From positions 2,050,127 to 2,114,126 of the forward strand of contig MU053594.1 in the NCBI GenBank assembly GCA_013239625.1: a stretch of 64,000 bases of DNA, read 5' to 3'. The stretch is from Lama guanicoe (Eukaryota). The notes beneath the pieces are model-generated. The model did no database searches and had not been told where the DNA came from. It saw only the letters and a program-made list of their open reading frames with translations. Numbering within the stretch: position 1 is the stretch's first letter; every line of letters starts with the position of its first letter. Position numbers and translations under genes: made by a program. Positions 36,573 to 50,190 of the stretch are shown one piece after another.

Positions 36573-37146
36573 TTAATTTACCAGGACGTAGCCGCTGTGC
36601 TGTGGGTCCACGGCCTCCAGCATTTCACAATCGAAGAGTCCGGGGAACTCCGGGAGGGCTAGAGGGCCGCAGCTGGAGGGCGCTTCCTGCAGTCCTGAGC
36701 TCTGGGGGCAGTCCGGCGCTGCGAGGCCGCTCTGCGGGTCTCCATCCATGGGGTACGAGCAGGGCGTGGGGTAGTCCGACGCCGGGGAGGCGGCGCCCGG
36801 CAGCTCGCAAGTCTGATAGGAGAACCGCAGGGGCGCGGGGGCTGCTCCCCACTGCGGGGGCGGCGGCGGCGGCGGCGGCGGCGGCGGGATCTCCTGGTAC
36901 TGACCGAGGAAGGGGCTGTACTGCATCCCTCCGGCAGCGGGCTCCAGGCCAGCGGGCTCCAGCACGGGGCTCAGGGGCTGCGTCCGGCTGAACGGCGCGG
37001 GCGGCTGGGCCGGCGGGGGCGGCTCCCGGCCGGGGAGGGGCCGCTGCTGGCCGGGCTGTGGGTACGAGCTCTCTGCTATCTGCATCTGATTAAAGTATGC
37101 CTGCAGCTGAGACTGTTTCTGCAGGAGGAGCCGCTTCTGCTGGAGT
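36573..37146 (-). CDS. SIK2: SIK2 last exon coding part ([25 protein letters not shown]...[11 protein letters not shown])
   Basis: cttag|ACTCCAG ... TAA at 36575-36573; 574 nt; includes ORF 36573..37085. Confidence 0.95.
36861..36887 (-). repeat. (CCG)9 coding trinucleotide repeat within an 11-proline run of SIK2
   Basis: plus-strand (cgg)9. Confidence 0.95.
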
Positions 37147-37873
37147 CTAAGTCGGCAACACCAAAAGAAAGAATTTTAAATCTTCTTCAGTGATGCCAAT
37201 TCTAACGTAAATCCAGTACCAGTCATTAGCGTCAGTCCCCCCACTTCTCCGCTTCCCACGGCAGGAGGGAAGGAAAAAAAAAAAAAAAAAAGAACAGGGG
37301 TAGGAGCCAACTGTGTTTGGTTTCTTAAACACAATCTTACTTTTTGTTCCCCGGTTCTGGCTGATCCCTCAGTGCCCCAGTGGACAGGAGTTCTTTTTCT
37401 CTAAGACTCTTGCGTTTCTCCTCCCTACAGAGCGAGAGGCTGATTTCCCGTCCGGAGTGTTTCGAAGCGGGGGTGACACCTTGGCCTCTGTGAGTGTCTG
37501 CAGGTTGATGGATTAGGGTAATTCTATCTTGGCCAAGATGCTTCTACTAGTGAGGCCTGAGGGCACGAGTTACTGCAGGGGAGGATGGACGCCTTCTCTC
37601 CAGTATAACCCACTTAAACCGCATTAGGTCGGGGATTCTGAAAGCTTAGGTCTATTCATAACCCAAAGGGGAAACACTGGAAGAAAAGGAGAACAAAGCA
37701 CATTTAGGGCTGCTGTCCCCTGACAGGCCCGTACTCCACGGACAGTGGAACATGCACACCAGCATACTGAAACCTGTGTTCCTGGTAGAGGCAAATTGTA
37801 GGGAAAAGGACAACCTACCCGGCTTACGTTGCCACAAAGAGAGTGACTTCTGTGGCTCAAGGCCGTCTCTCAC

Positions 37874-37965
37874 CTGTGTTCCTGCAGCTGCTGTTCAAGG
37901 CTCCGTGGTGGTTCTTTACAATAAAGCTGGCAGGTGTTCTGGGCTTTTGATAGAAGGCTGGGCTT
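37874..37965 (-). CDS. SIK2: SIK2 exon 14 ([31 protein letters not shown])
   Basis: tccag|AAGCCC ... CACAG|gtgaga; 92 nt. Confidence 0.95.
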
Positions 37966-38702
37966 CTGGAAGAGCAGAAAAAATACAAGCATGACATGTG
38001 TCATCCAGGACGCAGTCATTAGACTGAACTTCTGCCTGGAGTTTGAAGCCACGTGAGCCACAGAGTGAAGAGAATGCCACTTGCTCACTGAGACTCTGGC
38101 AAAGCCTTTTGCCCAACAGTATCGAGTCAGCAAGCCTGGGCTCTCTTGGGTCTAACCTAGGTCAGTTCTCCATTTCTAAAAGTCTTCTAGGACTGGGAGG
38201 TTCATGGAGACTAAAAACAATGAGGAAGTGGAATTAAATGTATAGCAGAGGCCACCGCACTTGTTGAATGAACAATCCATTCTTTATGGGATCTATGTTG
38301 TATTTGTTTTTAAGGATTTTCAGGCACCGAGCGAGAGTTGATAGTACATTCTTCCTGACTGAGATTTTCATTTTATTTATTATTCACCGAGATGTACACC
38401 ATCAGAAGCAAAGAAGCCGCTGTTCCCTTTCCTCCCGCTCAGTGGCAGTACCCTTTCCTGGGCTCTGAGGACAAACCTTTTTCCGCTGCCAGCACAGAGC
38501 ATGTGGCTAAGTCTGAACATGTTTCCAGACCTACCTGCCTATCAGGAATTAAGAATTAAGCAGCTATCCTAAAAAAAATACCGAGCCCAACAGGCTGCTG
38601 CTGTGCAGAAAGGCAGACCTTGGATGAGCGCAGTGAGCTGGTGCCACAAAGTGAGGCGGGGTGGGGGGGAGGGCGCGCGGGTGGGGGGCGGGGCGCTCTC
38701 AC

Positions 38703-38813
38703 CTGGAGTCGGTGCTGCAGGAACTGGGCCTCCAGGCCGGGCCGCTGGCAGAGCTGAGGGTGTGGGCTGCTGGGTAGCGCAGAGATGCTTTTCTGCTGCT
38801 GAGAAACTTCCTC
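38703..38813 (-). CDS. SIK2: SIK2 exon 13 (EEVSQQQKSISALPSSPHPQLCQRPGLEAQFLQHRLQ)
   Basis: ctcag|GAGGAA ... CAG|gtgaga; 111 nt. Confidence 0.93.
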
Positions 38814-39254
38814 CTGAGGAGAAGGGGTGAACACATTTTCAATTGTCCATTAGGGGAGAAAGTTTCAATTCTTAGTTGAAACACATGGGTGAACGTCCAA
38901 GAGGAACTCCAGCTCTGCTAAGACGGAGTACTCAGAGCTCTTCACATAGCCAGTAGGTAGGCTGAGGGTTAACCACTTTGCAGAACGTGTACACATGCAT
39001 TTCCTGTGGTGAACGATTACCTAGTCAGTACTGGAGCAAAGGCCCTTTCTGTCACCAGAACGTTATTACCTTCATGTGGCATCAAAGTCCGTGATGCACT
39101 GGAAACGGACTCAAATGAAACTTATTAGATAGACAGCAATATTTTGTATTTTTAGCATCAATAATTCATTTAATAAGATTTAATGATGTGATATCACATC
39201 AAAAACAGCGGCAACAAGCTTCTCATTTTGTGTCAAGTTTCTTATTCTTAACTT

Positions 39255-39257
<3 letters not shown>

Positions 39258-39287
<30 letters not shown>
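39258..39287. repeat. (TG)~15 microsatellite in SIK2 intron 12
   Basis: Direct reading. Confidence 0.93.
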
Positions 39288-39288
<1 letters not shown>

Positions 39289-39576
39289 ACGTAAAGTCCA
39301 TTATGTTCACGTTCAGTCCGTCCTGTGAACCGAGCAGAGCTGGCCAGTGTCTAGACCTCCACGTGGTGCAGATCGCCTGGGCCTGCGTGGGCGGGCCTAA
39401 CCCGGCCTGTCAGCGGCAGAGGGCAGCAAGAGGGGAAGCTTTCAGGCTGCGGGCTTTCCAAAAGCGTTTGTCTGCTCCAGGACTGCAGTAAATCCTCTGA
39501 GTGAAATGATGCATCTTCAGGACAAAGCCCTGCCACGTACTCACAGAGCCCCTGAGGCCAGGGCCGGGGTACCCAC

Positions 39577-39740
39577 CTGAGGGCAGCTGCTGGCAAGGGC
39601 TTGGAGCTGAGGAGCAGGTGAGGCCAAGTTAGGGTCGGCCTCGGATCCCATCTGCTCGTAAAGCAACTGCACTTTGTTCAACTCTAGGATTCCTTTGGTT
39701 CTAGCCAGATTCTGAAGATGCTGTCTGAATGCTACAATTC
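39577..39740 (-). CDS. SIK2: SIK2 exon 12 ([30 protein letters not shown]...SSCPQ)
   Basis: ctcag|GAATT ... CAG|gtgggt; 164 nt. Confidence 0.95.
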
Positions 39741-39876
39741 CTGAGAGAAAGAACAATGTTTAAATAAAACACAAGGCCTTTCAGTGACCACGCGTGTGAA
39801 CTCACATGGCAGCAAAGCCCGTCAAGTCCTAGCAGCGTTAAGAATTGTGAGAGCCAGCAGAGAAAGCCGCAGTCAC

Positions 39877-40161
39877 CTTGGGTGAGGGAGGTGTCCGACG
39901 CCCGGCGGCCCTCTCTGAAGCTCACTGGAGACCTATTGTGAGCCTCTCGTTTCTGGGAGCTCAGAGCCTGCATGGCTGGGTTGGCAGGTCTCAGGCTCAC
40001 GAAGGGAGACGTCATGCGGGGTGAGGGCTGATTGGCTAACATGATGTCCTTGAGGGAAGGGTTGTCCTCCAGAAAATTCAGGTCCCTCTGAACAGACCCC
40101 ATGTCATATTCAGAGTCCACACTGTCAAGGGAAGGGTTGTCACCCACAGAGAAAATTTTCC
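39877..40161 (-). CDS. SIK2: SIK2 exon 11 ([20 protein letters not shown]...[15 protein letters not shown])
   Basis: taaag|GGAAA ... CAAG|gtgact; 285 nt. Confidence 0.95.
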
Positions 40162-40634
40162 CTTTAAGAGAGAAAAACCAAAACAAAACACGTATCACCA
40201 CCAACAAATAGCATATTCTTGGAACATAGGATACAAAGCATACAGCACAGCCACAACGTCCTTCATCTCCAGCCAAAACATCTTTCCAGAAACTTCTTAT
40301 ATGGCAATTTAATCAGCTTCAAATTTAGTGGGGAAAACACTCCAGAACCTGTACCTGTAAGATCTCTGCCACTCAAAAAAAGAGCCAGAGAGCCGATGAG
40401 TGTCACAGCCCTCAGATGGGTCCTGGGAGTTAGAGGAGCCATCTCAGAGATAATCCATCTCCATCTTTGTGGCTGTTGACCAGGTCTGATCTTCCAGCCC
40501 ACCGAATGTGGTCCACGAGGGAACAAGACCCAGACAGCATTCTGGGAACTGGTTGGTACTGTTACCAGTTCTTGGAGCTTGGAGAACGAGGTGACGCTGG
40601 GAAGGCTTAACGTGGCGCTTACTGGCTACTGTAC

Positions 40635-40863
40635 CTGAACCAGGCATCACCACCACCTGATTGGTCACTTCCGACACAGTGTGCCGTCTCTGCCCACTGC
40701 GTGTGGACTGGAAGGCGTCGAAGGACTGACTGGGGTCTTCCTCAGCGTCTCCTTCTGTCTCCACGCCCTCATCAATGGAGGTCTCCATCACGTTGCCAGG
40801 CAACGACTGGCACCCCTTCCTCGCCAGGACAGGGGGCACAGGGTCCAGCAGACAGCCATTCAC
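40635..40863 (-). CDS. SIK2: SIK2 exon 10 ([13 protein letters not shown]...[20 protein letters not shown])
   Basis: tttag|GTGAAT ... TCAG|gtacag; 229 nt. Confidence 0.95.
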
Positions 40864-43244
40864 CTAAACACCAGCGTGAGAGGGAGGTGGGAGGAGACCG
40901 TTAGTGGCTGCTCTGCTGAGACATCAGGAACATCCACACAGGAAAAAAGATTCGAGACCTATGGCAAGTCGGAAATTACGCGTAATATTCAAGATGTGCA
41001 CATTTGTTACTAATGACAACCTGTAGCTGGGAAGTCAGCTCCAGTGCTTAGAGACAGAAGCCCTTTATGACCCAAGCTGGCACTGCCTCCCAGGTTTCTC
41101 TGAGTCATCTTTATTACAATAAACAATTTTTTTAGTGGTTTCCAAATGAATAGGGTCTATTAGCTTCAGGCCTGCCAGTTGTTTTTTTTTTTAATAAGGG
41201 AAATGAAGAGGGGGAAGATGAGATTTAAAAAAAAAACCCAAAAAACAACTGCATGGCTCATAGCTAAGAAAAAAGAGCAGTCGCCAGCATTCTTCTAATT
41301 TTCAACCACAGAACCTATTGGAAGGCTCTAGACATACGTTTATGTTCATAATTTAAGTACCTGCCTGTTTGATTTAGTCTTTAGTTGGTTCTATGTGCCT
41401 GAGGAATGGAAAAAAAAAAAGAATTCTTTAAAGGCAGACATATCACAAAAAGGAGTGGAAAAAAAAAAATCAAACAGCAAACAGCCAAAGCCTTCCATTA
41501 TAGAATAACAAATGACTCGCAGGCCCCAAATTCCAGCAGGGGTTAATGAGCACTAGTGCACTGAATTCTCCCTCCTCCAGCAGCACACAGTGTCCATCCC
41601 GCAGGGACGAGCTCAGCACAGCTCCTGAGTGAGAGCTTGGCCATCCTGCGAGTTGCCAAGCAAGCCACCTCATGGCGGGCAGAAACAGCACCCAGAGGGG
41701 AGCTGTGGTTGTGAGTTCTTCTGGCTGGGAAAAGCCCCAACGAGGAGGCAATTATTTACCTCATTACCTTAACTAGTCCCCCGTGGAGATCAATCCAGTT
41801 TTCTCCTATGAATGGCTGCTCAGGAGCAGCCAGGGTAAGATGCGGAGTTGCCAGCAGGACGTTCACCTGGAATACACTGCGCGGAGCTATTGTTTCCCTT
41901 GGAAGCAGGAGAAGCTCTCGTATGTGAGGGGTGACGTGGGACATCCCTGGGCCAGACACAGGAAACTTTCCTCTTATGGCAACCGATCTGAAGGCGCTGC
42001 GAGGCCCTTTATTTGGAGAGGGAAACTTGGGTGACTCAGATCTTTGTTTGCTTGGGGGAGGGGACGGTTATTCCATAAAAACTGTCCTGCGGCCAAAGCT
42101 ATTACTCGGACATGGTGGCTAACGCACTACAGGGTTTTAAAGTGACAAGTGGTCATTTAAAAGGAAGTGGCAAATGCTTTTTTCCTAGACCCGGACCAAT
42201 CTTCCCCATGGCACTGGGAAACAAAAACTCTGAAATCTGGCTGGCAACTCTTAGGCTCCCTTGACCCTTCCCCAGATACGTGTTCCCTTTTTGACCACAC
42301 TTACAAGTTTTCTCGTAAGAAAGAATGGTTTGGGATCTTAACATTCATACCTCTATGTTCCTTAACTGTTTACTAATGTAATTTTCTAAGACTAACCAAG
42401 GATGATTTAGAAATGGATAAAGCAACAGAGAAAAGACTGTAATTAGGTAAATATCTCCCAAGCATCTTTATGTTTTATAGCCTCAGTTTTTAATCAGCTA
42501 TTTCTTGCAGTATAGCCTTACAACCAGGTTCTTTTTTTCATTAGTAAAGTCACTTTTTTTCCTGAGTACTCAAAAAACCTTGCAGTCCCCCTAAATTTGT
42601 GATTTTTTTCTTAAACTGCTTATAAATGTATCTCCTCATCTAGACTACAAGAAGAATTATATCTTACATTTAAAAGTGTTTGCTGAGTTCGGCTTCACCC
42701 TGAGACAGGTGGGTGACAATGATCTGGCTTCTCAGATGATGACTGAAAACGCTGTGGTGGCCCATTCAGAGTAAAGAGGTACAGACAGGAAGCTGCCCTG
42801 CGGCCCATCCAGAGTTTACAGGTGTGAACACTTTTAGCTCTGAGTTCACTTCCTAAAACAGGTGATAGTCATGCCACCCTTGCCGGACAACTTACCCAGG
42901 GACTTGTAACAAATTCAGCTCTAGGATTTTGTGGCTGAAATACTGGGCTGATCTACCTTCGTGACCTAAGCTGCTAGAAATGAGTCCTTCTGCTCTAGGA
43001 AATAATCTAGGCTAACCGCAGACTAGAGGGCTTCCAAATACAACGTGGATGAAATGCACATCTTCCAATACACCGTTTTTGCCTTTCCTTATGGCTCAGC
43101 CGACCCCTTCACTTCTGATACGAGGCTTCGTATTCAATAGGTGGTATACGTGGAGAAGTCAAACTCTCAGAAACTCCACCGCTAACTGACAGCACCCCTG
43201 AGCTCTCCAAAAATACAAGATTCAAGCACAGGAGACTGATAGGC

Positions 43245-43604
43245 TGTTATGGACTGAGTGTGTCTCCCCTTAAATTCATATATTGAAGCCCTGACCCCCA
43301 GCGTGGCTGTATTTGGAGATGGAGCCCCTAAGGACATGTAATGAAATCAGGTCATAAGGGCGGGGCCCTGAACCATTAGGTTAGTGTCCTTATAGGAAGA
43401 AGCACTAGAAAGCTCTCTCTCCTTAGACAGGAGCGCAGAGGAGAGGCCATGGGCGGATATGAGAGCTGGGAAGACAGTCCACACCAGACATCACACTGAC
43501 CACAACCTTATCTGACTTTTAGCCTCCAAAAACGGTAAGAAAATAAATTTCTGTTGTCTAAGCCACCCAGCCTGTGGCACTTTGGTGGCCTGAGCTGACT
43601 AATA
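43245..43604 (+). mobile_element. MaLR solo LTR (MLT1A-like)
   Basis: tgttatggactga..., gtggctgtatttggagatgg, ggtcataagggcggggccct, aaataaatttctgttg..aagccacccagcctgtgg. Confidence 0.8.
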
Positions 43605-46600
43605 AAGAGACTGACACAGGACTAGCCAGTGAGCCTGGAGGCTGGGAATGTGCCATATTTAATTTGTATCCTAAGTGCCTGCGAGTCTGGCACGTATTAA
43701 GGAGCCTCAAACCTCAGCTCCACTTATTAGGCAAGTGGCTTAGAGTCTATAAAGCTCTTTTTTTTTCTCCTCACTTATAAAAAGGGAGTAAAGTCGTCTG
43801 GGAGGATTAACTAAAACACTGTATGTATATATTACCATTACTTCTTGACCAAAAAGAATGCTTTATAACAATAAAAAATTTTAAAAGCATGAGTATAAAA
43901 CAACAGTTTCTTTTAAAACATTTTTACTATCTTGAGGCAAATTAAAATAAACCACCAGATGAGGAAGCACAGAAGTGGGTAATGCCAGCTCTAGAAATTT
44001 ATCCTAAGGAAATGAAGGTATAGTCGAAAATCTAGACACAAGGATATTCACCTGAAGCTATATGAGGAAGCAAAAAAGATTAAAGTACTTGATGTCCAAA
44101 GACAGGAAAGTAGGTAAGTAAGGGTACATCTAAGCTAATATACTAGGCAGTTGTTAAATATAACTCATGCTTTCATGGTATGGGAAAAATGCTCATGATC
44201 TTGTAAAAGCAAGGTACAAAACTACATCTAATACAATACAATTTGGTTTTAACAAGTCTACCTACGTCCTGAGTCACTCTGTCTTCATCCACCCACCCAT
44301 CCGTCTATCCATCCATCTAGAACCCACTCTAAGGAGACATGCCACAATGGCTTACCTTTGGGTAGGGGGATTATGGATACATTAACTTTTTGCTATATCC
44401 CTCTCTGAATTTTCCATGTATGATTCTGACTGGTTTTACCTCTTTCAATTACAAATTAAAAAATTCAAATTCAGAAGTAAAAGTACAATTTCTCCCCTTT
44501 ACAAAGTCTTAGCAGTTAACACGATTACCAGTTTTCGATGAATGTCCTTTTTAGACCATCTCTTATGTGTACTACCTTTATAATGAAAAAAAGGTATGAA
44601 AGACGCCAGTAGACGCAAAACACAATGTCTACACTTGCGTTTTCATAGTTTAGCCTCACAGTTCCCTTCGGCTATCCAGCTATGAAGATGGTAACTTGGA
44701 AAATCATTTTATTATAATCCCTAATAAATGTTAAGGTGACTGGTGTGTGTGTGTGTGTAAAGTCCATTATTCCCAAAGGAACTCTCAAAAGAGAAAGACT
44801 GGCCCTACAGGGCTTGCATCTGCCCAGATACGGGCTCTGTGCTGCTCAGTTACAGCTCACAGTTGGGTGGCTGCCTCAGAAAGGTGCTATTTTTGGGAGC
44901 AATCCCAAAGCGATGTTTCAGTGCAGACTCCCTAAGGGATTTTACTGACAGTTTTAAGTTGAAGACTTTTGGGAGGGAAGGAGAGGTGAAAACTCTCAGG
45001 GGCACAATTCCCGCCACCAGCTGAGAGCTGAAATGACTGGGCAACACACGCAGTCACGCAGCACCTTTTAGAAGACAGCAATCGGGCGTCGGAGCAAGTG
45101 CATAGGAAGCTATATGAACAACAAAGGACCGGTATCTCTGTCTGACATTTTCGTGCATGTGCGTTAATTACGGGCCCCAGAGAAAGAGGTGCGAGGGAGG
45201 GATGGACGGTATTGCTGACATAAATGAAACGGTCCACAAATAAGACCAGCGGGTGTCTGGAGCCTGGCTAAGAGCCAGGGTGGCCCTGCCAGTGTGGGTG
45301 GCCAGTTCCAGCGTGGCACTGCTTTTCGTACGAATGCAAATAGACCATCTAGCTACTGTCTGTATCTTTCACAAAATCATTCATTTCCTGTCTGTTTCCT
45401 AGTGACGGTAACAATCACAAGCTTTAAAAATAGCTTGCCCTATATAATACGGCAGACAGAGCCCAATCTGGGTTTCGGGCCTGGTGCCCTCACAGCCAAG
45501 CTTTTAGCAGACTGTATTTAATTTTTTTTTCAAGGGAATTAGATTTTAAAAATAAGTGAATGATGTTGCCCCAATTTGTGTCTGAATTTCTGGGTGGGAA
45601 TGTAATAGCAGTATGTGCTGTTACTGAACATGCTGGGCAACCAGGGACAGAAGAACCACTGTCCACAGGGAGTGGCCTCGTCCTCAGGGGCAGGGACACG
45701 AACTCCTCATGGTCAGCCACTTGGCTTAACACCTGCTTACGCAGCTGAGCATCAGGCCGCCTTGACTACGCTCCAGCTAACTCGTCACTGCACTTCTGCA
45801 CCAGCCCTACCTCTAGAGCTCCCGAGGTCAGAAAGTGGCCTGTGTCACCCTCCCGTCATCTTGGCTCAAAGTACTGTTAGCGGTTTGGACTTCTTTCCTC
45901 TGGACCCTCACGGTCTATCAGTTTTCTCTGTTCAGTCCCTTTTACGTCAGCCCCGCCTCTCCAGTTTCATGAGCACTGTCCCAGGGCAGGCCCTCATCAT
46001 CTCCCCAACTTCTGCTGTCCTTGTCACCTTGCTCTAACCTTCTACTGTCCTTGTCCTCAGTCTCTCCCCTCTCCAATGCAGGCCACGTGCCCTTCCAGGC
46101 TCATTTCTGAGGCACAACAGGGATCACAGTGGTTCTTTATCAAAAAATCTTCATGCAATATAATGTGTATGTGCAGTCGAACTGTAATAATTTTACATAA
46201 TAAAACTGGAAAAAATAAAAATTAAAAAAATAAAATAAATGTATATTTTATAGTTAAAAAAAAATCTGCAACTGTTTCCTACCACCTTGGAGAAGTCCAT
46301 TTGGAAAAACTGGCTCGATGATCCTGAAACACGTTCCCATGTTGAAAAGCCCAGCCTAGAGAAGGAGCGCAGCCCCCGACTTGCCATCCAGAGCTCAGCT
46401 ACTGTCTTCATTCTGTACAATCCCCCTTCACGCGCCCTCTTCCAGGGTGCACTGCCCTACTGCTCTGACTTAGCTGGACCCGGGCTTTCCTGATGTCTGC
46501 TGTTGGCCAGGCCTTTCCGTCCACTGAGATACCACCCCCTGGGTGCCATCCAGCCATCTCTCAATTCCCAGCTCTGGCAGATCACCCAGACATTCCTGAT

Positions 46601-47633
46601 CAAACAAGCTCAAAGCAACTGCCCCGCCCCTTCTAATCGCGCAGCCCTGTGGTTTATATCTCTTTAAGGGACCGATCACATTTATTCATCTATTCAGGAC
46701 CTGGCACGCTGTCTCCAGTTAGGCACCGTGCCCCTTCTGCTAGACTACAAACTCTGAGGCAGAATTAACGTCTGAGTCATCTTTTTATTACCCAAAGAGG
46801 CTAAAAAGACAGGAAACCGATATTTATTGAGTGTCTACGATCTGCTCAGAACCTCACACACAGCCTCTCAGTCCTCACAAGCCTCATAGAGCTGGTATTC
46901 TCATTTTACACAAGAGAAAGCGGACGTCCAAAGATGTGAAGTCCCTCTGCCCGAGTGCACACAGCTAGTAAAGGACAGAATCTATTTTAAAACCCTCGAG
47001 GACCTACCCATTAATATGATCCTCTGAATACCTCTTGATGCTAAGTATATAAAACACAAACTCGAAGTTACACAAATATCCACTAAATGAGAGAAGCCGT
47101 CATCTTCCACATACTAAAAGCCAACTTTATGCGACACACCAGAATAGACTGCTCTCCTGTAAGTATGTTCAAACAGGACCAAAAAAGATGTTTAGCTGAT
47201 CAAAAAAAGATGGCCCCTCATTTTATAGCTGCAGCACGTGCAGCAGGAGAGAGGCCATAATCACAGGGGCAAAGCCCAATTCAGCACAACAGTTGTATCT
47301 TTGTTTTCAGAATTACAGCTGATTTTTTAAAAAAGCCAAAACCTATGAGGCACTGAGCAGCTTGAGAGAAGGAACTGGTTAAGGAAAGAGAACGAAGGAT
47401 GCTGAAAAGCACAAATGAGGTCTGACAAGTTACATAAAACTCATAATGACGACACGCTGAACACAGCCGACTGTAAGCCCTGGATGCTTTTCTCAGATCT
47501 TCTGCACAAAAACACCACTCTTGAGCGACCTGACGAAATGACAAAGTTCAGCAAGCCAAAGTACAGCGTCTCTGGACCAGGCTGAAGTTTCCAGCCAACC
47601 TGCAAGCTCGGAGCCTCTTAAACACAGCTGTAC

Positions 47634-47798
47634 CTTTGGGGTGTCAACACACTCTTCCTCCATGAACGTTGCTTCCGCCTGACAGCCGGACGCGGGAAAC
47701 GCGAAGGCGTCCACGTTGGGTGCCTGTGGGAGGAGGGCAGATCGCATCAGCCGCACGTTCGGGGGGTGCACGGTCACTGGGAGCCCCACGGTCTGTGC
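47634..47798 (-). CDS. SIK2: SIK2 exon 9 ([17 protein letters not shown]...EEECVDTPK)
   Basis: tgcag|GCACAG ... AAG|gtacag; 165 nt. Confidence 0.94.
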
Positions 47799-50190
47799 CT
47801 GCAGACATGGCAAGAAGAGAAAGTTGGGGAACATTAGTACTTTCTATATAAAGGTACAGAATTCTTAAAAGAAAATAATTCTTCCTGGTGCAATGAAAGG
47901 ATAAATAGGGATTTGCTGGATACTCCAGGAAAGATGTGATTAAATAGGTACACGGCACAGGTATCCACCTGAAGCAGTCTCAATTATTCTGAGATGGGTG
48001 GTATAGGATTCTGTTCCTGTTCCACGATGAGGTGCGTAACTTTCAGGCAAATGACAAGAAAGCTGATCGTTGTAAGGAATCTACAGATGCTCTTTTGTTT
48101 TCAACAAACAAATATTGTCTATATCCTTAAAATGTATTACTCTGGAAAGATACAAAGAATGGAAAAGTCCCTGCCTCTCTAGGAGCTCAAAAATTAAATC
48201 AGAGAGAGAGAAACATTAACTGTAACACAAAGCACACTGCCATACGTGCTGTCCACCTGCATTTTTGGGGGGAGGGGGTGGAGGTGAGATGGCGGGTCTT
48301 TCTCGGCAGTGGTGTGTGTGAAGAGGAAGGAGAGAGAAGCGGTGGTCACTTGGGGGGACAGGAATGTCCTTTGAAGGAGATGCACAGACTGAACACAGCC
48401 TATTGCTGAGCAAGCCATGTTCCCAAAGTTAACCTACTAGAGAAAGTCCATCCTTCGCGTCTCCTTTGTTACAGAACTCTAAGTAAACAAGTATTACAAG
48501 TTTTTTTTTTTTAAATGTCATTTAAAAGAACCTTCCTTTACGACAACTGGCAAGGGTCGATTCTGAAGATGTAACTGTTGAATAATCCTTTCCTCTCCAT
48601 CTTTTCAAAACAAGCAGACTAATTTATTAGATGCCTTTTGAACATAGCAGACACTGCAAGACATCTGAGGGAACAATCATCACACTAGTTTCTAAAAGGC
48701 AGAGGAATGGCCTATTTTTTTCTGCCATCATCACTTCAAGGGATGTAAGACGGGGAGTTTTAAATTCAAACGAAAAGAAACAACGGTATGATTCTAGCTT
48801 TCCTTTCCCTAGACCTGGGTTTGATTCCTGGCTCCATCACGTACTGTGTGAACTTACTCAGGTTACTTAACCTCTCTGAATTTTATTTTCTTCACCTCCA
48901 AAAAAAGACGTTAAAATCTACTCCACACTGAAGTCAGGCAACGTGTAGAGCCCTTCACACAGTAATGTGAATTCCTCCTTTCTCCTTCCTTCTAAAGTCT
49001 TAAAATGATCGCAATAATTTAGCACAGGAATTAGACTGCAAAATGAATACACAGTTTTGTTCTCAGATACTATCTAATGGTTCCCAGTTAAAATTTAAGG
49101 CTGATGCTTTTCAATAATGGGGGGATAGGTCAGAAATACACTTTGTATTTGACTATACTTTGAATATACTCAGAACATACTTTATATTCCAACATTAACA
49201 GTATTAGATACACTGCATGAGATAAAGAATAAAACAGTGATAGCAAAGGGTTGGTATCATGTGGATGGTAAAAGCAGAAAAAAAATACATTATATACTAT
49301 TCTGAACATGACACAGAAATAGCTTTTCTTATATCATCATTCTTCAGGCCTATATCCTGGGCCACTTTTGAGATTAAACATTTTTTTCCCTTTCAAGCAT
49401 TAGTCATTTAAATTGATTTTTTCAGCCACAATGTAACATTTAAACTTCCTAATGAAGTATATTTGATATTCTTCTTACTCTTATCATTGGCTTTTCAATC
49501 AGAGGATAAAGCTGAACTTTGATTTCTGTTTCCCAAATTTATTAGACTGTTCCTTCTTATTAGGACAAAGCATTATTACCTGAAAATGCTGTACTGGACA
49601 TGAGATACCAACACGGTCACTACAATGTGGTGTTGCTTTTCACTCTCTTATCAGCTGTGGCTTTTTAAATGGCAGGACTGTGCTTGGGCCAGACCAAGCA
49701 TTTTCCTTAAACACATATTCCATATTCCATATTCATATTCCAACCTGGTCTGCAACTTATTGTGAACTTGGTAAGGACAGAGAAAGGACACATTTTATTG
49801 TGACAACCACTTCACAGCAAATAGAGTGGTGGATCGAGGGGTCTGCGTTTTAGGGTTCCTGCAATCACTGAAGGGACTGTCAATGTCTTTTTTGGCACAA
49901 GTTAGGGTATCAATAGTCAAAGAGCCTAAACAGCACTGAACAGCTGACTAAAGAATCCGGCATTATAATAAATAGATGGTTGATTAATATCCCAGACAAG
50001 CAGATATTACCAGTTTCTTTAAGAGTGGCAGTGAACAGTGATCATGCCTGCTAACTGTAACGACTTTTTTAGATCACATGTTTATTGTCTTGAACCTCTT
50101 CTTCTGCCTTTATGCTTTACAGAGCCATGACAATTAAAGCAGTGTTCTCTCCGATGGGAAAAATCTCTGTTGCTCCAGTGGGAATATGCT

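Noticed and set aside
36545..36991. 148-aa + strand ORF with polyalanine
   Set aside because: Antisense shadow of the GC-rich SIK2 last exon; polyA is the (GCG)n reading of the CCG repeat; non-ATG start.
46142..46270. A-rich insert flanked by aaaaaatcttca / aaaaaatctgca
   Set aside because: Probably an extremely truncated retroelement tail; too short to classify and no sign of function.
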